A DNA stretch of 64,000 bases from the human T2T-CHM13v2.0 reference genome, Homo sapiens. The stretch is taken from NCBI RefSeq assembly GCF_009914755.1, contig NC_060928.1; one strand, written 5' to 3'. Below, piece by piece: positions 1-22,265 of this stretch (positions within the stretch are counted from its first letter, which is position 1; the number at the start of each line of letters is the position of its first letter). A program made the position numbers and the translations under genes. The notes under the pieces are model-generated. The model had not been told where the DNA came from and ran no database searches. It saw only the letters and a program-made list of their open reading frames with translations.

Positions 1-355
1 CCACATTTTTTGTGATGTACATGATTTTACTGTATTTTATGTACTTTAAGATGTGTTTTCTATAAAAAAAATTGAAGTTATCTTCTGGTTTCATGGGGAC
101 TAATTAGCTTGAGATGCCATCTAGTTTCAAACATTTGCTTAAAAACCTGAAGTTCCTTTGTAAGGTGGCTATAACCTGCTTTCCTGTTGTCTTTCTTGTT
201 ATTTTCATGCATCTTTTTTTTGAGCCTCATGAAATACATGTACTTTCTTTTAACCTACTCTACTACATTGCTGGTAAGGTTGTTCATTCTGCCTTCTATC
301 TTCTATCATCTCTTCTCTAAAGTCTGCTAATATCCTCACATGGAGCTTCTACTGA

Positions 356-757
<402 letters not shown>

Positions 758-1271
758 GATTTTATATTTTTTCAAAACATTTATCTCAATATGTCCCAAA
801 TGGCAAGTGCATAAAGCGTTTGTCAAGTGAAGTTTTTTCTTGAGCACTTGTATGTGTCACTAGCGTTAACTACAGAATGCTGTGTGTATTTCAGTGGCCT
901 CCAATACTATGACATCTGTATTAAGCCATGTATGCATCTCATTAGGAGTATTAGAACCAGTGTCTTTCCTATGAATTCAATTTCAGTAATATAGTATCAC
1001 TGCAATTAACTGGAAGGATAGTACATTCACATTTTATGTAAAATAAAATAACCACCCCCCAAACTCTAATACTACTTTGACAGAAGCTCTAAATTGCTAT
1101 GATACCAAATAGAAGCTAAACTATGCAATTAATACAAAATCACTAATGTATGAGATGCTATTATAAGTGAGGTAATGTAGGTGAAATGAATAGTCCTTCT
1201 TAGCTGCAATAATTAGCCAATTTAAGTTTTCCAAGCCTACTATGTCTTGCTGATACTATATATAGGTTTGA

Positions 1272-1623
<352 letters not shown>

Positions 1624-2518
1624 TGAATGGTAGCTTAACTCATATGGGTTTTATTATAATAAGCTAATATAGATGACGATGGTGACCGTTTTTTGCATAT
1701 TTTATCTACTCTTTGTAGCACTTTGGTGACAATTTTGTGGCATAAGTAAGGAAAATTGATTCTGACCTAGCAAAATTCACATTTTCTGAATTAACAAAAA
1801 CTGATCTATGTCACTGAACCACGATTCCCCTAGATATTAGGGTAAATGTATGTAATTTAAACTGTTGTCTACAGGAATACTATTCTCTGTGGGCTAGTTG
1901 GTAAAGTTGGTAAAGATATGGAGCTTTTTTCTATCCTTTTAACCTTTAACCTCTGGCAAGCCACCTATCGCTACTCTGCCCAACTCATCTAATAAACAGA
2001 CAGTAAAATTAGAATTTTCCTCACCACACCCACCCTCTGATAGATGGAACTTTGTGTGTGGGAAGGGGGCAGTATTTCAGGTTTTCTATGTGTCCTCTTC
2101 TATCCAGAGAATAAACCTGAGAAAGTTCTATGATGCTGTTAGAACTTTGGAACAGGGAGAAAGAGAAGAATAAGTGATTATTCTTTTGAAAAATCTGAAT
2201 TTTATCTTCCGTTTAGTAATTTTGAATTTATTGAAATCTCTTTCTTTTTATAATACATTATCAAAACATTATCCTGAATCAAGTTCTAGCTTCTTTTACC
2301 CTAATTTTAAAACCAGTAAACCTTTGGACACCAGAATTTAAAATTGATTCCGTAATTGTTTTCCTTCTTAAATTGTATCTTCTAAGTATATATGGCTTTA
2401 ATAAAATGAAGTGTTTTAAGTTGATGAGAAAATTTTGATTTTGGATTGTTAATATGTTACAAAGTATATTTGTTTTAAATTTTTTAATGAAAATAGTTTT
2501 TATAAGAATGTACAGATA

Positions 2519-2812
2519 GGCTGGGCGTGTTGGCTCGTGTGTAATCTCAGCACTTTGGAAAGCCAAGGTAGGCAGATCGCTTGAGCCCAGGATTTTAAGA
2601 CCATCCTGGGCAACATGGCAAAACTCTGTCTCTACAAAAAATATAAAAATTAGCCAGGCATGATGGCACATGCCTGTAGTTTCAGCTACTTGGGCGGCCG
2701 AGGCAGGAGGATTGCCTAAAAGCCTAGGAGGTTGAGGTTGCAGTGAACTGTGATTGCACCACTGCACTCCAGCCTGGGCAACAGAGCGAGACCCGGTCTT
2801 AAAAAAAAAAAA
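2519..2812 (+). mobile_element. AluJ
   Basis: Diverged Alu dimer with poly-A tail; TSD aagaatgtacag. Confidence 0.9.
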
Positions 2813-2873
2813 GAATGTACAGGTATTTGACTTGCACCTATAAAATTAATGTGTGTTTATTTTCCAATTTTAG

Positions 2874-2922
2874 GGCACTAAATTCAAAGAACTACAAGAC
2901 TTCTTCAGTACCATCCTATTAG
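2874..2922 (+). CDS. CFAP96: Probable last coding exon of CFAP96 (C4orf47): ...ALNSKNYKTSSVPSY*
   Basis: Acceptor tttattttccaattttag|G at 2873/2874; frame open to TAG 2920-2922; AATAAA at 3083-3088 and 3276-3281. Name inferred from the known gene order CFAP96(+), CCDC110(-), PDLIM3(-); upstream exons are outside the window. Confidence 0.7.
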
Positions 2923-3082
2923 CAACTGGAAGACAAGTAGCTTTCTAGATCTTAACTATGAGTAATTCACTATCAAGAGCTAATTATTTGAAAAAATATA
3001 AGATGTTATGGAGCAGATAGCTCAAGCAGTTAAAAGAAATTCTGCAACTCTAATTCTCTTCCTTATTTTAATACTACTACTT

Positions 3083-3088
3083 AATAAA
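3083..3088 (+). terminator. Candidate polyadenylation signal of the plus-strand gene
   Basis: AATAAA ~160 nt after the stop, followed by a GT/T-rich stretch (gtggttgttgatttatgttttt). Confidence 0.55.
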
Positions 3089-3745
3089 TAGTATTTGCTA
3101 ATAACACGTGGTTGTTGATTTATGTTTTTAGATCTATGCTTCTGAGCAGAATATGTTTACACATTTTATAAAATCCCGGAGTGCAATCTGTCATTTGCTT
3201 TTACTGCTAATGTTAAAAAATTGCAGCGTTGGAGGGGAGGAGCGGAAGAGACTGCTGGAAGGGTAGAAAGTATACAATAAATTCTTGCTGTTTCTTCTCA
3301 GAAGTATTGAAAATTGGATTGATAGCTATCCAAGTGTCATAGCCTACTAAAGCATTCTTAACATCAAAGATAAATGTTAGATCCATTTATATTATTACGT
3401 AGATACAATATATACACATGATATAGTGAGGCAAATGCTTCAGCTTATATGATAACATGCCCTGTATTTGTGACTTATGTAAAGCATCAGGTTATTTAGC
3501 CAATGGCAGCCCCAAGATGAGTTTGAGGGGTTGAGGGGAATGTACTTGTTAGTTGAGTATCTTATAAAAATTCTGAAGTTGGAAGATGGATAGATGGATG
3601 AAGTCAGTCTTTCGTGTCCTCCCATGTTCCTCTCTAGCTGTCAAGCTGCTTCTCCTGGGGCATCCCACCTAGGCCTTACCCGCTAGTCCCCAAGTTATCT
3701 CTTCTCCTTCACCTGCCCTATCTCTTTTAAAAATATCTGCTCTAA

Positions 3746-4161
<416 letters not shown>

Positions 4162-4205
4162 CTAAATATCAAATAATACATTGGAAGTTATTTTTGATAA
4201 TGGTG

Positions 4206-4566
4206 TGATATGGTTTTGCTGTGTCCCCACCCAAATCTCATCTTGAGTTGTAGCTCCCATAATTCCCACATATTGTGGGAGGGACCTGGTAGGAGTTAAT
4301 TCAATCATGGAGGCAGCTTCCCCCATACTGTTCTCGTGGTAGTGAATAAGTCTCCCGAGATCTGATGATTTTATAAGGGGTTTCCCTCTCGCTTGATTCT
4401 GATTCTCTCTTTTCTGCCACCATGTAAGATGTGCCTTTCACCTTCCATGATGATTGTGAGGCCTCTGCAGCTACATGGAACTGTGAGTCCATTAAACCTC
4501 TTTTTCTTTATAAATTATCCAGTCTTGGGTATGTCTTTATCAGCATTGTGAAAATGGACAAATACG
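4206..4566 (+). mobile_element. THE1-family (ERVL-MaLR) solo LTR
   Basis: Starts tgatatggttttgctgtgtccccacccaaatctcatcttga, ends gtgaaaatggacaaatacg; 5-bp TSD tggtg at 4201-4205 and 4567-4571. Confidence 0.9.
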
Positions 4567-5891
4567 TGGTGCTTTGCTAGAACTTGTCCTTCTGCCGGTC
4601 CAGGCTGCCTAGAGCTGGAAATGAGTTTGTAGAAGGCTACAGGACTCTTCTTTTGGGCCTCCCCACTTTTTTTAAGTGGAGGGAACTATGTCAAGCCAGA
4701 CATATAGCTGGCTTTTGAAGGAGGAGTGCAGATGGTACAGATAATTTTTACAATTAAGGTTTTAAAGGAATTTTTCATGCCTGCTTCATAACTAACACTA
4801 TGCAATTAATATTGTAAACACATTACCAAGGGTATAATGTGAATCAAAGAGTAATATTGAATACATTTGTCTTCAGAATAGGAATGGCCTTACCAAGTAC
4901 ACATAGGTGAATAAAATCTACGGTTATATATCAATAATGTTACCAAAAAAGACTTATAAATATTCTTAGGCTGGGCGTGGTGGCTCATGCCTGTAATCCC
5001 AATTCTTTTGAGATAAGAGTTTTATATTTTCAGAGTTTATCAAAATTTATTTTAGATTTCAAAATCATAATTGTTCATTTTAATCTGTCTTTATAGTTAA
5101 TTTTTATTAATGTGCCTTTTTAAGACAACACACTTCATATCATATTCATAGATGGGAACACTAACCTAATGCCTTCCTGAAGGGTTTAAGCAGTAGTGTG
5201 ACAATTGACAGACCTTATCTGGATTTTATATAAATGTATTGTGTCGGTTTACAGAAAACCAAATATGGAAACCAGTAATGGGAATAGTGAAATATGTAAA
5301 ACAATTAAGATTTTTCTAAGTGTCAGTAGAGGAAATCATACACACACATTCGATCTGACAGGTGCAAACTAGTTATGATGCCCATGGATTGTTTTCTTAC
5401 AATTGTTGTCTCTTCTTTTAACTTTGAAAATGTAACAATACAAAACAGTTTTATTCCTCAGACTCAGCCATGACACTGGCGTCCTCTATTGACAACTTAC
5501 ACATCTAGTTATCTACTCTCCTGTTATGATGCCTGTATGACTTGGGTAGTTTTCTGCATCCATCGTCAATGAGTAATGGAAGAAATAAGCTTGCTCAGCC
5601 AGACATCAGTCTCTGCTACAAACTGTCTGCTTACATCTGTTCAAGGCTCAAATCTGAAACAATGATTGTGGATGTTGACATAACATGGAAGAAAGGCTTA
5701 ACTTTAAGGGAAACTTAGATCAATAAGAAGCTCTGATAAGAACTGGAGAGAAAGTTAAGCAGTAGCACCTCAAGAAAGTTAAGCAGTAGTACAATCATAG
5801 TTTTTGAAATCTTATCCTGCTTCTTCAGAGACTGCCTGCTCCTTTTGTATATAAATGTGGAACATGCATTAAGAATAATAAGCCAAGTTCA

Positions 5892-6203
<312 letters not shown>

Positions 6204-6365
6204 CTATTACTATTATAGCTGTCTATACTAGAGCAAAATTAATTTCTTAAGACTCTTTCATTATCTGTCATTTGTATTATCTACCTGGAAGAATTATTAT
6301 GAACACCAAATTTAAAATATTTTATAAGCTGTAAAATAAATAAAAAATATATATCGGTCTATTAA

Positions 6366-6520
6366 GGCTGGGTACAGTGGCCCATGCCTGTAGTACCAGC
6401 ATTTTGGGAAGCCAAGGCAGGAGGATCACCAGGACCCAGGAGTTTGAGGCCAGACTGGGCCACATGGTGAGACCCTGTCTCTAAAAACAAACAAACTAAA
6501 ACAAAACAAAACAAAACAAA
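6366..6520 (+). mobile_element. Alu left monomer (FLAM/AluJ-like)
   Basis: Single left arm followed by an (aaac)n tail. Confidence 0.8.
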
Positions 6521-6823
6521 AACAACCACTAGATCATTATCCATCAAATAATTTGTTGTAAATAAGTTGTAAGGTAATTTGTTAATTTGAATTTTCATCA
6601 GTTATAACTTAATTTTCCAAAAGTGAGTTAGTAGCATTATAGTAGCATTACATAACACTTATATAATGCGATGTGCCAGATACCATTCCATGTGCATTCC
6701 ATATTAATATGTTTTCAATTATGAATCACTTAATCTACATCTAACAATGAAATGGAGTTAGAGAAAGATTAACTAATTTGTCCAAGTTAGCACAACTAGC
6801 AGTGGCAAAGCACACAGTCTTGC

Positions 6824-7481
<658 letters not shown>

Positions 7482-7711
7482 TAGGAAATCAACTGTAGAA
7501 CGCACGTTACTTTACAAGAAAAAAGACTTGAGAAGACCTGTTTCCAGTTTATTCCTCCTCACACCTTATCAAGGGGGCAGGCTATAAGCCTATGGGAGAT
7601 AGCTAGAAAAACATATATTATCCTCCCTCCCCCAATATTATATATATTTCCAAAAATCTTCATAAAGCAATTTGAAATCATTACACTACTGTTAGAAAGT
7701 GACCTAAAATT

Positions 7712-8027
<316 letters not shown>

Positions 8028-8059
8028 TCATCTTGTCTAAGCTTTGCTGTTGTTGTTAA

Positions 8060-8215
<156 letters not shown>

Positions 8216-8689
8216 TAAACTTCTTGATACTTAAAACTCTTTATAATGTTCGTACAAGGTGAATGCCCAGCCTCTGCCTAATATTCTAGTGTAATGGCAG
8301 CCTGTTCATTCATCATTCACTTAACAGATGTTGAGTGTCTGCTATATTCCAGGCATGGTTCTGGACACTGGGATTCAGCAGTAAACAAAATAGACAAAGG
8401 TAGGTTAAAAGTAAAAGGATGCACCTAACTTTTTAGTTATATTGTTTGTTTTATATTGTCAATGTTTTTTTAACACTAACACTCTATTTTGTAACCATAA
8501 TTCAAACAGTTCTTTAATCTTAATTTTGTATTTAAATGGATATAGTGCTCACCATTAGTTATTTTCTTAATACTTTAGTTCTTTGATTTATATTTGATTT
8601 TCAGGATTTAGTAATCCATTTTCATGGTATATATTTATTATTTAACTATTCAGAGTTTCTCCTACTGATTCATCATTACAAAATAAATA

Positions 8690-10482
<1,793 letters not shown>

Positions 10483-10484
10483 GG

Positions 10485-10900
10485 AATATTTGAATAGCAG
10501 TCTTGGAAGACAGAGTGTCTCTGGAGCACAGAACAGGTGTGCTTGCAACCTTGGAAGCTAGAGATTGTGTTTCCTCTGGAGCCAGGGCAGGCATGTGTAT
10601 TGTTTCCACCTACAGGAAAGGGCAGGCATCTTACTATCCGTTATAATACTCGGGTTTCTAAGCTCACTCTCTCCTGTAATGCAATCCACTGTGTGATCCT
10701 CTTTACACTGCCTGTAGAAACTGGGGCTTGGACAACCAATGCAAACATGCTGATTCCCTGGCTCCTGCTATTGTAACAAACTCTCCTTAATCTCTCGCTC
10801 AGGAGTCTTGTGACTTCCACTAGAACCCACAAAACTGTGGCAGGCTAAAATATGAGCTTACTAGTTGGGTAAAATCTCAGATTCGCCACCGTTCTTGACA
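10485..10900. mobile_element. Possible old ERVL-type LTR fragment
   Basis: Abrupt composition change after the L1 and LTR-like motifs; family uncertain. Confidence 0.4.
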
Positions 10901-11385
10901 GTATAAAATATATACTTAATTCCAATTTCTAATTTTAAAAACTAGTCTAATCAATTACCAGGTTAATGTAATCACATAATTTAAAATTATTTTGTGGGGG
11001 GAAAAAGTACTTGGACAAAGGTTTTGAAACATTGATTTTAGCAGTTTATTTATATATCTTGGATGGAAGCAAATGATACAGTTTACTTGGAATTCCTAGG
11101 GAAAAAAAAAAGAATTCTTTTAAGGTGGGAGTGCTACTTATACTTTAAAATAATAATTAACTCCCTCTTGCTCACTGCCAAACTTGGTTTGTACACATAC
11201 AATGCACATAATATAAACAAAATAATATATATTTTATCTAGAAAAAATTCCTAAATAATTTCACTGTATAATAAATTGGATACAAATTTTACAAAACAAA
11301 ATTGTATTCATTTTAAAGTTTCCTCCTTATTTCTGTACTCTGTAGTGCCCAATAGGCTAAAAGAATCTTAAACACATCTCTACTA

Positions 11386-13599
<2,214 letters not shown>

Positions 13600-14280
13600 T
13601 TATTTATGTACCCTAAACAAGCATTTTATCCATTTCTACAGCAAAGGAGCATAACAAGTATGATTTATTTTCTCCAACAGTTATTTTGAGATCTGTAACT
13701 CTGGTCCTCACAATTTGCTTAGAACTTGCTCTTATTTCCTTTGGGGTGAGATACATGGGCCAACCCCTCAATTTCAGAAATATAGAAATTTAGCGTCCTT
13801 CAAGAGGCTGTCATAGGTAGGTGGGAAAGATGGAACCGATAGGTCAAATGGGAGTTTCAGGCAAATGAATGTTTCCAATTCTGGGCTATTTGTTAACCTT
13901 AGCTTGCACTCATTTCAGATGATTTTAGGACTGTGACTATCCTGGAAGTGTGAGTTCGAGTCAGTGTGGACACAGTGATGGTAACTTTGGTTTGGAGCTT
14001 TTCTAGGGAATTTACCCCAGACCTAGGTCAATCCTAAGTGAATAGATTGGCTATAAAAACTGCCTTGCATTTGAATTTACTCGGGAATCTTTCACGATCT
14101 GGACTAAGTCAAATGTCCCTCACAGACTCTTAAGAGAAATGGGAAAACTGCAAAAGTACAGAGGTAAATACACATCTTTTAAGGTTTTCAGGACCGGAGT
14201 TTCCTTATTTTCATCTCTGATGGTCCATTTTTCCTGTAACAAAGAGGACCATGTAAAGTGAAATGAACTGATGGTAGTCA

Positions 14281-14484
<204 letters not shown>

Positions 14485-15095
14485 TTATGAATGTACAGGA
14501 ATAATAGACATTATAATTAAAAGGTGTGTTTAAATTTCCTGCCCATAAACAGTCTTTCCCATCTTATAGAATATAAATGAAAGCTACTTAATTTATTGTA
14601 ATCTCTATCGTTAATCTTTAAGAAAATTATGCCTTGTTATAATCAGAAGCAATTTAGTAAAACAAAGTTTTATGAACTATATTCAAATGATTTTAGGTGT
14701 CTGATTTTTACATTGTTGAATAAGAGACCTTTGGAATCTATTCTGTCCCCCTTAGGAGGAGTTATCTTCCCTTCCTATTTCCCTGCAGGTGCTTTTAGTA
14801 TAAGAATATTGGGATGAAGTTTACACTGGGTCTTTAGTGAATATGTGTGTGTTACATACCCCCAATATCTATACTCTAGACTTCTGTTTATACTTCTCCT
14901 TATTTCTTCTGGATGAAGCGTGGTTATGGTAGTATTGATTCTGCCTCTAACTCCCAGGGGCACCTGACTGAGTGCTAACTAGTCAGGGAACAGCGGCCAC
15001 CTGACAGTGATTGGTTCAAGCATTGCATGTGACCCAGTCGGGATCCATCTGAATCAGGCCAAGAGCCTCAGTCTAAACTATTGTGAGCAAAGTGT

Positions 15096-15476
<381 letters not shown>

Positions 15477-15922
15477 CTACTGTGGAAAGCAGAATCAGGA
15501 TACAGAGTGAGACCTATTTTGACGACACAAGACCTGATCATGTGGACTCAGCCATCCTGAAGTGAGCTCTCTCCAGGACTTTCATTTACTTGAGCTATTA
15601 AAGTGTATTTTTTCCCTAAGCCAGTTTGAATTAGACTTCATGTCACCTATAATGAGGGTCCCTATTTGTAGTCTATATATAGACTTTAAACGTGTATTGA
15701 AAAAATCAGCGAGTGCTATCTCTTTGGGCTTGTTTCCAAATACAAGTATAACAGAGAGAAGAATGTAGTTTCTTTAAAATAAATTTTGAGCCTAGAATAT
15801 GCTGTGGCCTCTATTATATTAAATTCTGTGTCAGCTAATCCATTGGCTAGTGACCATCAGCTTAGAAGATGGGATGATACTTCAAGGTGAGATATTTCAT
15901 ATATAGATCAAAAGAAACATAC

Positions 15923-15988
15923 CATGCTGACATTCTGCAAAGTCTGCATTCGCAAAGCCTGAAATGATTCCAACTGCTGCTGAAGGAC
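15923..15988 (-). CDS. CCDC110: CCDC110 exon 4 (66 nt): VLQQQLESFQALRMQTLQNVSM
   Basis: ttttgtcatag|GTC ... ATG|gtatgt; phase 0-0. Confidence 0.92.
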
Positions 15989-16273
15989 CTATGACAAAAG
16001 TAAAGTATGAAATTGAGTATTTTTAGGTAGGTAAACGTATTCTTGAATTGTTATGATTTTATGTCTCCCAAAGTTGCCTATTACTTGAAAAGATCCCGTG
16101 AGGGTCAGGTGGTTCACATTCTTAGGCATTTTGCTAACTCCCCAATGTGCTTTCATGGAGATCCTTGTGAGGATAAAGTGAGAGAACCCGTTTGCATTTA
16201 GGGAGTATTTATTCTGAAAAAGATCAGCCTTTACCCAGAATTTTGGAGATGATAAAATGGAATATAGACTCAC

Positions 16274-16329
16274 TTTCAATGCTGATTGTGGTTGGATTTG
16301 ATTTTCTGATTCTGCTATGCAGCCATATT
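16274..16329 (-). CDS. CCDC110: CCDC110 exon 3 (56 nt): (E)YGCIAESENQIQPQSALK
   Basis: ttgcttcttag|AA ... AAA|gtgagt; converts phase 1 to phase 0. Confidence 0.92.
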
Positions 16330-16734
16330 CTAAGAAGCAAAATTGAAAAACCATGTGACTTAATTCTTAAATTTTATTTTTTAAAACCTGTAATAGAAAG
16401 CAGTCTCCTAACTTGCTTGGATAGTGAGGCAGAGATAATGAGAACTTCTGATATTCACACTATGCTAGTCACATAAGCTTAAGTGATAATTCTCGCTTGA
16501 CTTAATATATCCACTTGAGGTTGTAATAGTGTCTTCACTTTTAGAGTACACCGTTAATTTGCAACACCACACTTAGAACTCTCAAAAACTCAAATATCAA
16601 ATATCTTTGTTTCTGGGATATAAACTGCATTCAAAAAAAACCTAATAATGCTCATATTATGGGAGACCCTTGGCAAAGTAGTATACAGGCCTCAATTTCT
16701 GTGAAATTTCCATGTGACATTTTTCCCCTTATGG

Positions 16735-17265
16735 AAACCAAGTTGGATCAACAGCATAATTTTTGTCCTGGCTTAAGCACAGTACGCACTTGTGGCTTCC
16801 CTTGGGAAGGGCAGTTTCACATTCACAGTCTTTAGATCCCCTCTTGGCCATGTATGAATGGGCCTGGGCCTGGAACACTTCTTTACCAAGGGGACTCTTT
16901 TTAAAGTCCTCGTTCACAGCCTGTGCTGGACTTGCTACCATGTGTGGGGATAGCACTCCCCGCTTCAGACTCAGTGTGTACTCCTTTGTTCTGCTTAAGT
17001 GTGTGTGTCATATGATACCTGGCCAACCCTGCTACTCTGTCCCCTGCTAGATTATAGATGGGCCAGAAGGGGCCCTCTGGCCATGGGGAACCAACACCCA
17101 CTACTGAGGCTGATCTTGCTCCGTCTCTTCATTCTGTGAGTAAAGGGTTGTTGCATCCGGTGCTTGACTGTTGTGTTTTGCTTGGCGACTCCGATACTAA
17201 GATACAGTAGACAGAAGTACTCCAGCTTCTTTTGATAATAGGCAGAATGTCACTTGCTTGATACC
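16735..17265. mobile_element. Possible old LTR in CCDC110 intron 2
   Basis: Higher-GC ~530-bp block with LTR-like U3/R/U5 layout (agtaaa-type signal near 17139); family not determined. Confidence 0.4.
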
Positions 17266-18779
17266 GTCCTGGATAGATTATAGATCTGCAACAGGGGGAG
17301 ACTCTATCATGTTTGCAAATGCCCTTATATCCCTCTTTGTCTGCATGTTAGGCTGCTTGCTTTGTAAACTTTTTATTAAAGAGTGTATTCATAAAAGCTT
17401 TCAGTGTCCTAAGTAAAATGAGAGCTATGATGGAACGTTCCCCTAGGCTGATAATTTCTGCCCTAAGTTTTAAAAGAGGTCAGCGAATCTCCTTTGGATT
17501 GGCAGGCTGTCAGATGTTAGAGAAGCCGCTTGCAAAGTACAGGCACCCCTTCTGCTCTCTGACCCTCACCACCAAAGGGGCAACGCTGGTTTGGAGCCTG
17601 GAGCTGCCTGGCTATTGAAGAATCCCACCTTCAGTCAGAGGGTGGGGAGGGAGAGCGAGTCTGTCTGGATCTTGCTTAGCTTTGCCTCCACCTTCAGTCA
17701 GAGGGCGGATCTTGCTGTCTGGATCTTGCTTAGCTTTGCCTCTTCTTGGGAATAAAATGGCAGCTAAACTCCTGGTATCCTGAACTGTTCATCTAAAAAA
17801 TAAGGAACTGAAGGAAGGCCCAGACCAGCATAGGAAGGAAACACAACGTTTTTCAGACTCTAAAGTAACCTCTTCTAATGAACTTAACTAGACCAAAGTG
17901 CAAATCGGGAAGAATATACCACCTAGAATCCTGCCACCCACAACGAACTGTTGTTAATTTTAGGTGCCATCTTTCGGTCAGCTCTCTATGCACATAAGTG
18001 GATGAAGTGGAATCATTTTATACATAAATGGTATTTTACATAAATATTGCCTATATTTACTTGAATTTAAGAGAATTTTTAAAACTGCAAGTAGTGGAAA
18101 TTATTTCTAGTATTTGGATTTTTTTTTACTACATGAGAGATATTATTTCCTAAGAGATCCCTGTAAACTAATGAAAATTAACATGAAAAGAATTAAAGAT
18201 TGAAACCTTTATTGTTTCAATAACATACAGTTCTATTGTATTCATTGTTGACTTACTCCCTGCCAAGAGAGATGAGAAAATTAGCATTCTATTTCCTTCC
18301 ATGCCTACTTCCCTCTTTTCATGGTATTTGCTAGTTATGTGATTTATACACTGTGAAGGTTTATGTTTACATTCTGTTCTGTAACTGTAATTTCCACACA
18401 GCTCTTTATTTAAACACGAAGATAGGATATCATTCTCATAAATGTATTCAGCCTTCAACTCTATTCTGAGTGATGTAACTGTTCAAAATTCTATCTCCTT
18501 CCCATACCTACAGGAATAGCTTCCTTTTTCTGTACAGATTTCCTTTCATTAGGAGGATTTGCAAGTTCAAAGCTAAATATAAGATTCCTTTAGCTAAAAC
18601 CAAATAAGAAATATGAGACCAAAAGAAATGTACAGACTTAATAAAGGGATACAGTAAATCAAAGATTTCAAAGAAAGCAATGGGATTTATACATGTTGTC
18701 TACATATATTTTTCATCTTCCATCTCTTCTTCCTTTTTTGGCCTCACCGTGATTGCACTGTTACTAAGCAGCTTAGTGG

Positions 18780-20560
<1,781 letters not shown>

Positions 20561-21119
20561 TTTAAAAGCTATTAACATAACTTTCTGTTTTTCTTATGAG
20601 TTTCAGAGACATCGGCTGCTACTTATTCCCAAAGGAAAGGTAATTTAAAAACTAGGCAATACTTAGTCACACAGAATTACGTGATTCTAGAATCGGAAGG
20701 GAAATTATCAAAGAACCCAGGAGATAAAACACAATCACACTTCACCATTTACCAAGTCCCTGCTAAACATACAATATCGGGAGGCACATAAACAAAGCGG
20801 AAGGCATGGTCCCACCCACCAAGATGAGAGTTTATTGGGAATGTAAGAATATTACTCATCTCATATTCAACTTAAATTTTCCAGCTGCTTCATATTTCTG
20901 TCAAAAGTGAAAAACAAGGTAGTTATCAATGGGATGACTTTTGAGGTAATTTTTATTCTGAGCCTGCAAAAAATATTGTATTCAATGTATACAAAAAGTA
21001 CCAACTGCATACCTGTAGCAAACAGACCAAGAGGAACCAATACATTCTGAAAATGCAACAGGGTAACGATTCTATATAAGATGTCAGGCTCTCTGCAAGC
21101 TTTGTAATTCTTAGGTTCT

Positions 21120-21349
21120 TCTCATTGCAACCTCTGCCTCCCGGGTTCAAGTGATTCTCCTGCCTCAGCTTCCTGAGTAGCTGGGACTACAGGCATGTGC
21201 CAGCACACCCGGCTAATTTTTGTATTTTTAGTAGAGACGGGGTTTCACCATGTTGGCCAGGCTGGTCTCAAACTCCTGACCTCAGGTGATCCTCCTGCCT
21301 CGGTCTCCCAAAATGCTGGGATTACAGGCGTGAGCCACCATGCCTGGCC
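21120..21349 (-). mobile_element. Truncated AluS (no tail)
   Basis: Reversed Alu from cattgcaacctctgcc to gcctggcc. Confidence 0.88.
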
Positions 21350-21699
21350 GCAGGTTCTAATACTGAGTTCTGCTGTGACAATTCAAGTTCATTCCTAGAT
21401 GTCCCTGTCTTACAAAGCTTTGTGAGGTGTGGCACCCTCTGCATGAGGCTTTGTCACAGTCATTATGCAAGGAGCTATGCAACAGGTTGCCTGCTGCCCA
21501 GATTTGAATTCTAGCTTTGCCACACACTCGCAGTGAGGGGATAACTCTAGGCGAGTGTCCAGTTTGTAGATAAAGCCCTTACTGAGGTGTACGAGGTGTA
21601 CGGCACATAGTGAATGCTCAAGAGACACTAACTCATTACTGCAGAGGCAATATGATGATAATTTGGTAAATTCAAAATTTCTAGTCAAGACGGAGGGGA

Positions 21700-22265
21700 G
21701 AGAAGCCTTCTCAAAATTCTCCAGTGCTTCTCAATTTTCTCAGAATAAATCCCAAATTCATCCATGGAACTACAAAGCCCTGTCCTGGTTCCTCCCGCCT
21801 ACCCTTCCCTACTTGTTCTGCTCCATTTACAAGAGCAACCGTTCCTCAATCACACCAGCCACGCTCCCACCACAGGGTCTTTGCAGTTGCCATTCTCTCT
21901 GCCTGCGGTGCTCTTTCCCTAGAAATCTGCACAGATTGCTTCTTTACTTCCTTCTGGTCTTGGCTCAGATGTGACCTGCTGAGTGAGCCCTTCTCCTACC
22001 ACCCTGTTTAAAATGACACACTTCCCACCCACCTCTGCCACTCCAAATATTCCTCCCCCCCTTCTCAGCCTTATGTTCTCCATAGAATTTATTCCCCGCT
22101 TACACACAATAGCCTTTGTCTGTCTGTTCCCTCACTAGAAGGTAAGCTCCATGTGGGCAGGGAATCTTGCAAGTCTTGTTCACTGTTGGATCCCCAGCAC
22201 CTAGAACAGCACTTGAAACTTAGCAGGTGCTCAAAAGAATATGCTCCACAAACGAATGAATGAAT
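21700..22265 (+). mobile_element. L2 3' fragment
   Basis: ccccagcacctagaacag...gtgctcaaaaga...gaatgaatgaatg, a typical L2 3' end. Confidence 0.75.

Noticed and set aside
4455-4480. PRDM9 hotspot motif in the THE1 LTR
   Set aside because: The equivalent position reads cctctgcagctac rather than CCTCCCTNNCCAC, so the motif is degraded.
5259-5268. Isolated CArG box ccaaatatgg
   Set aside because: A single match in an AT-rich intron with no supporting muscle motifs; expected by chance.
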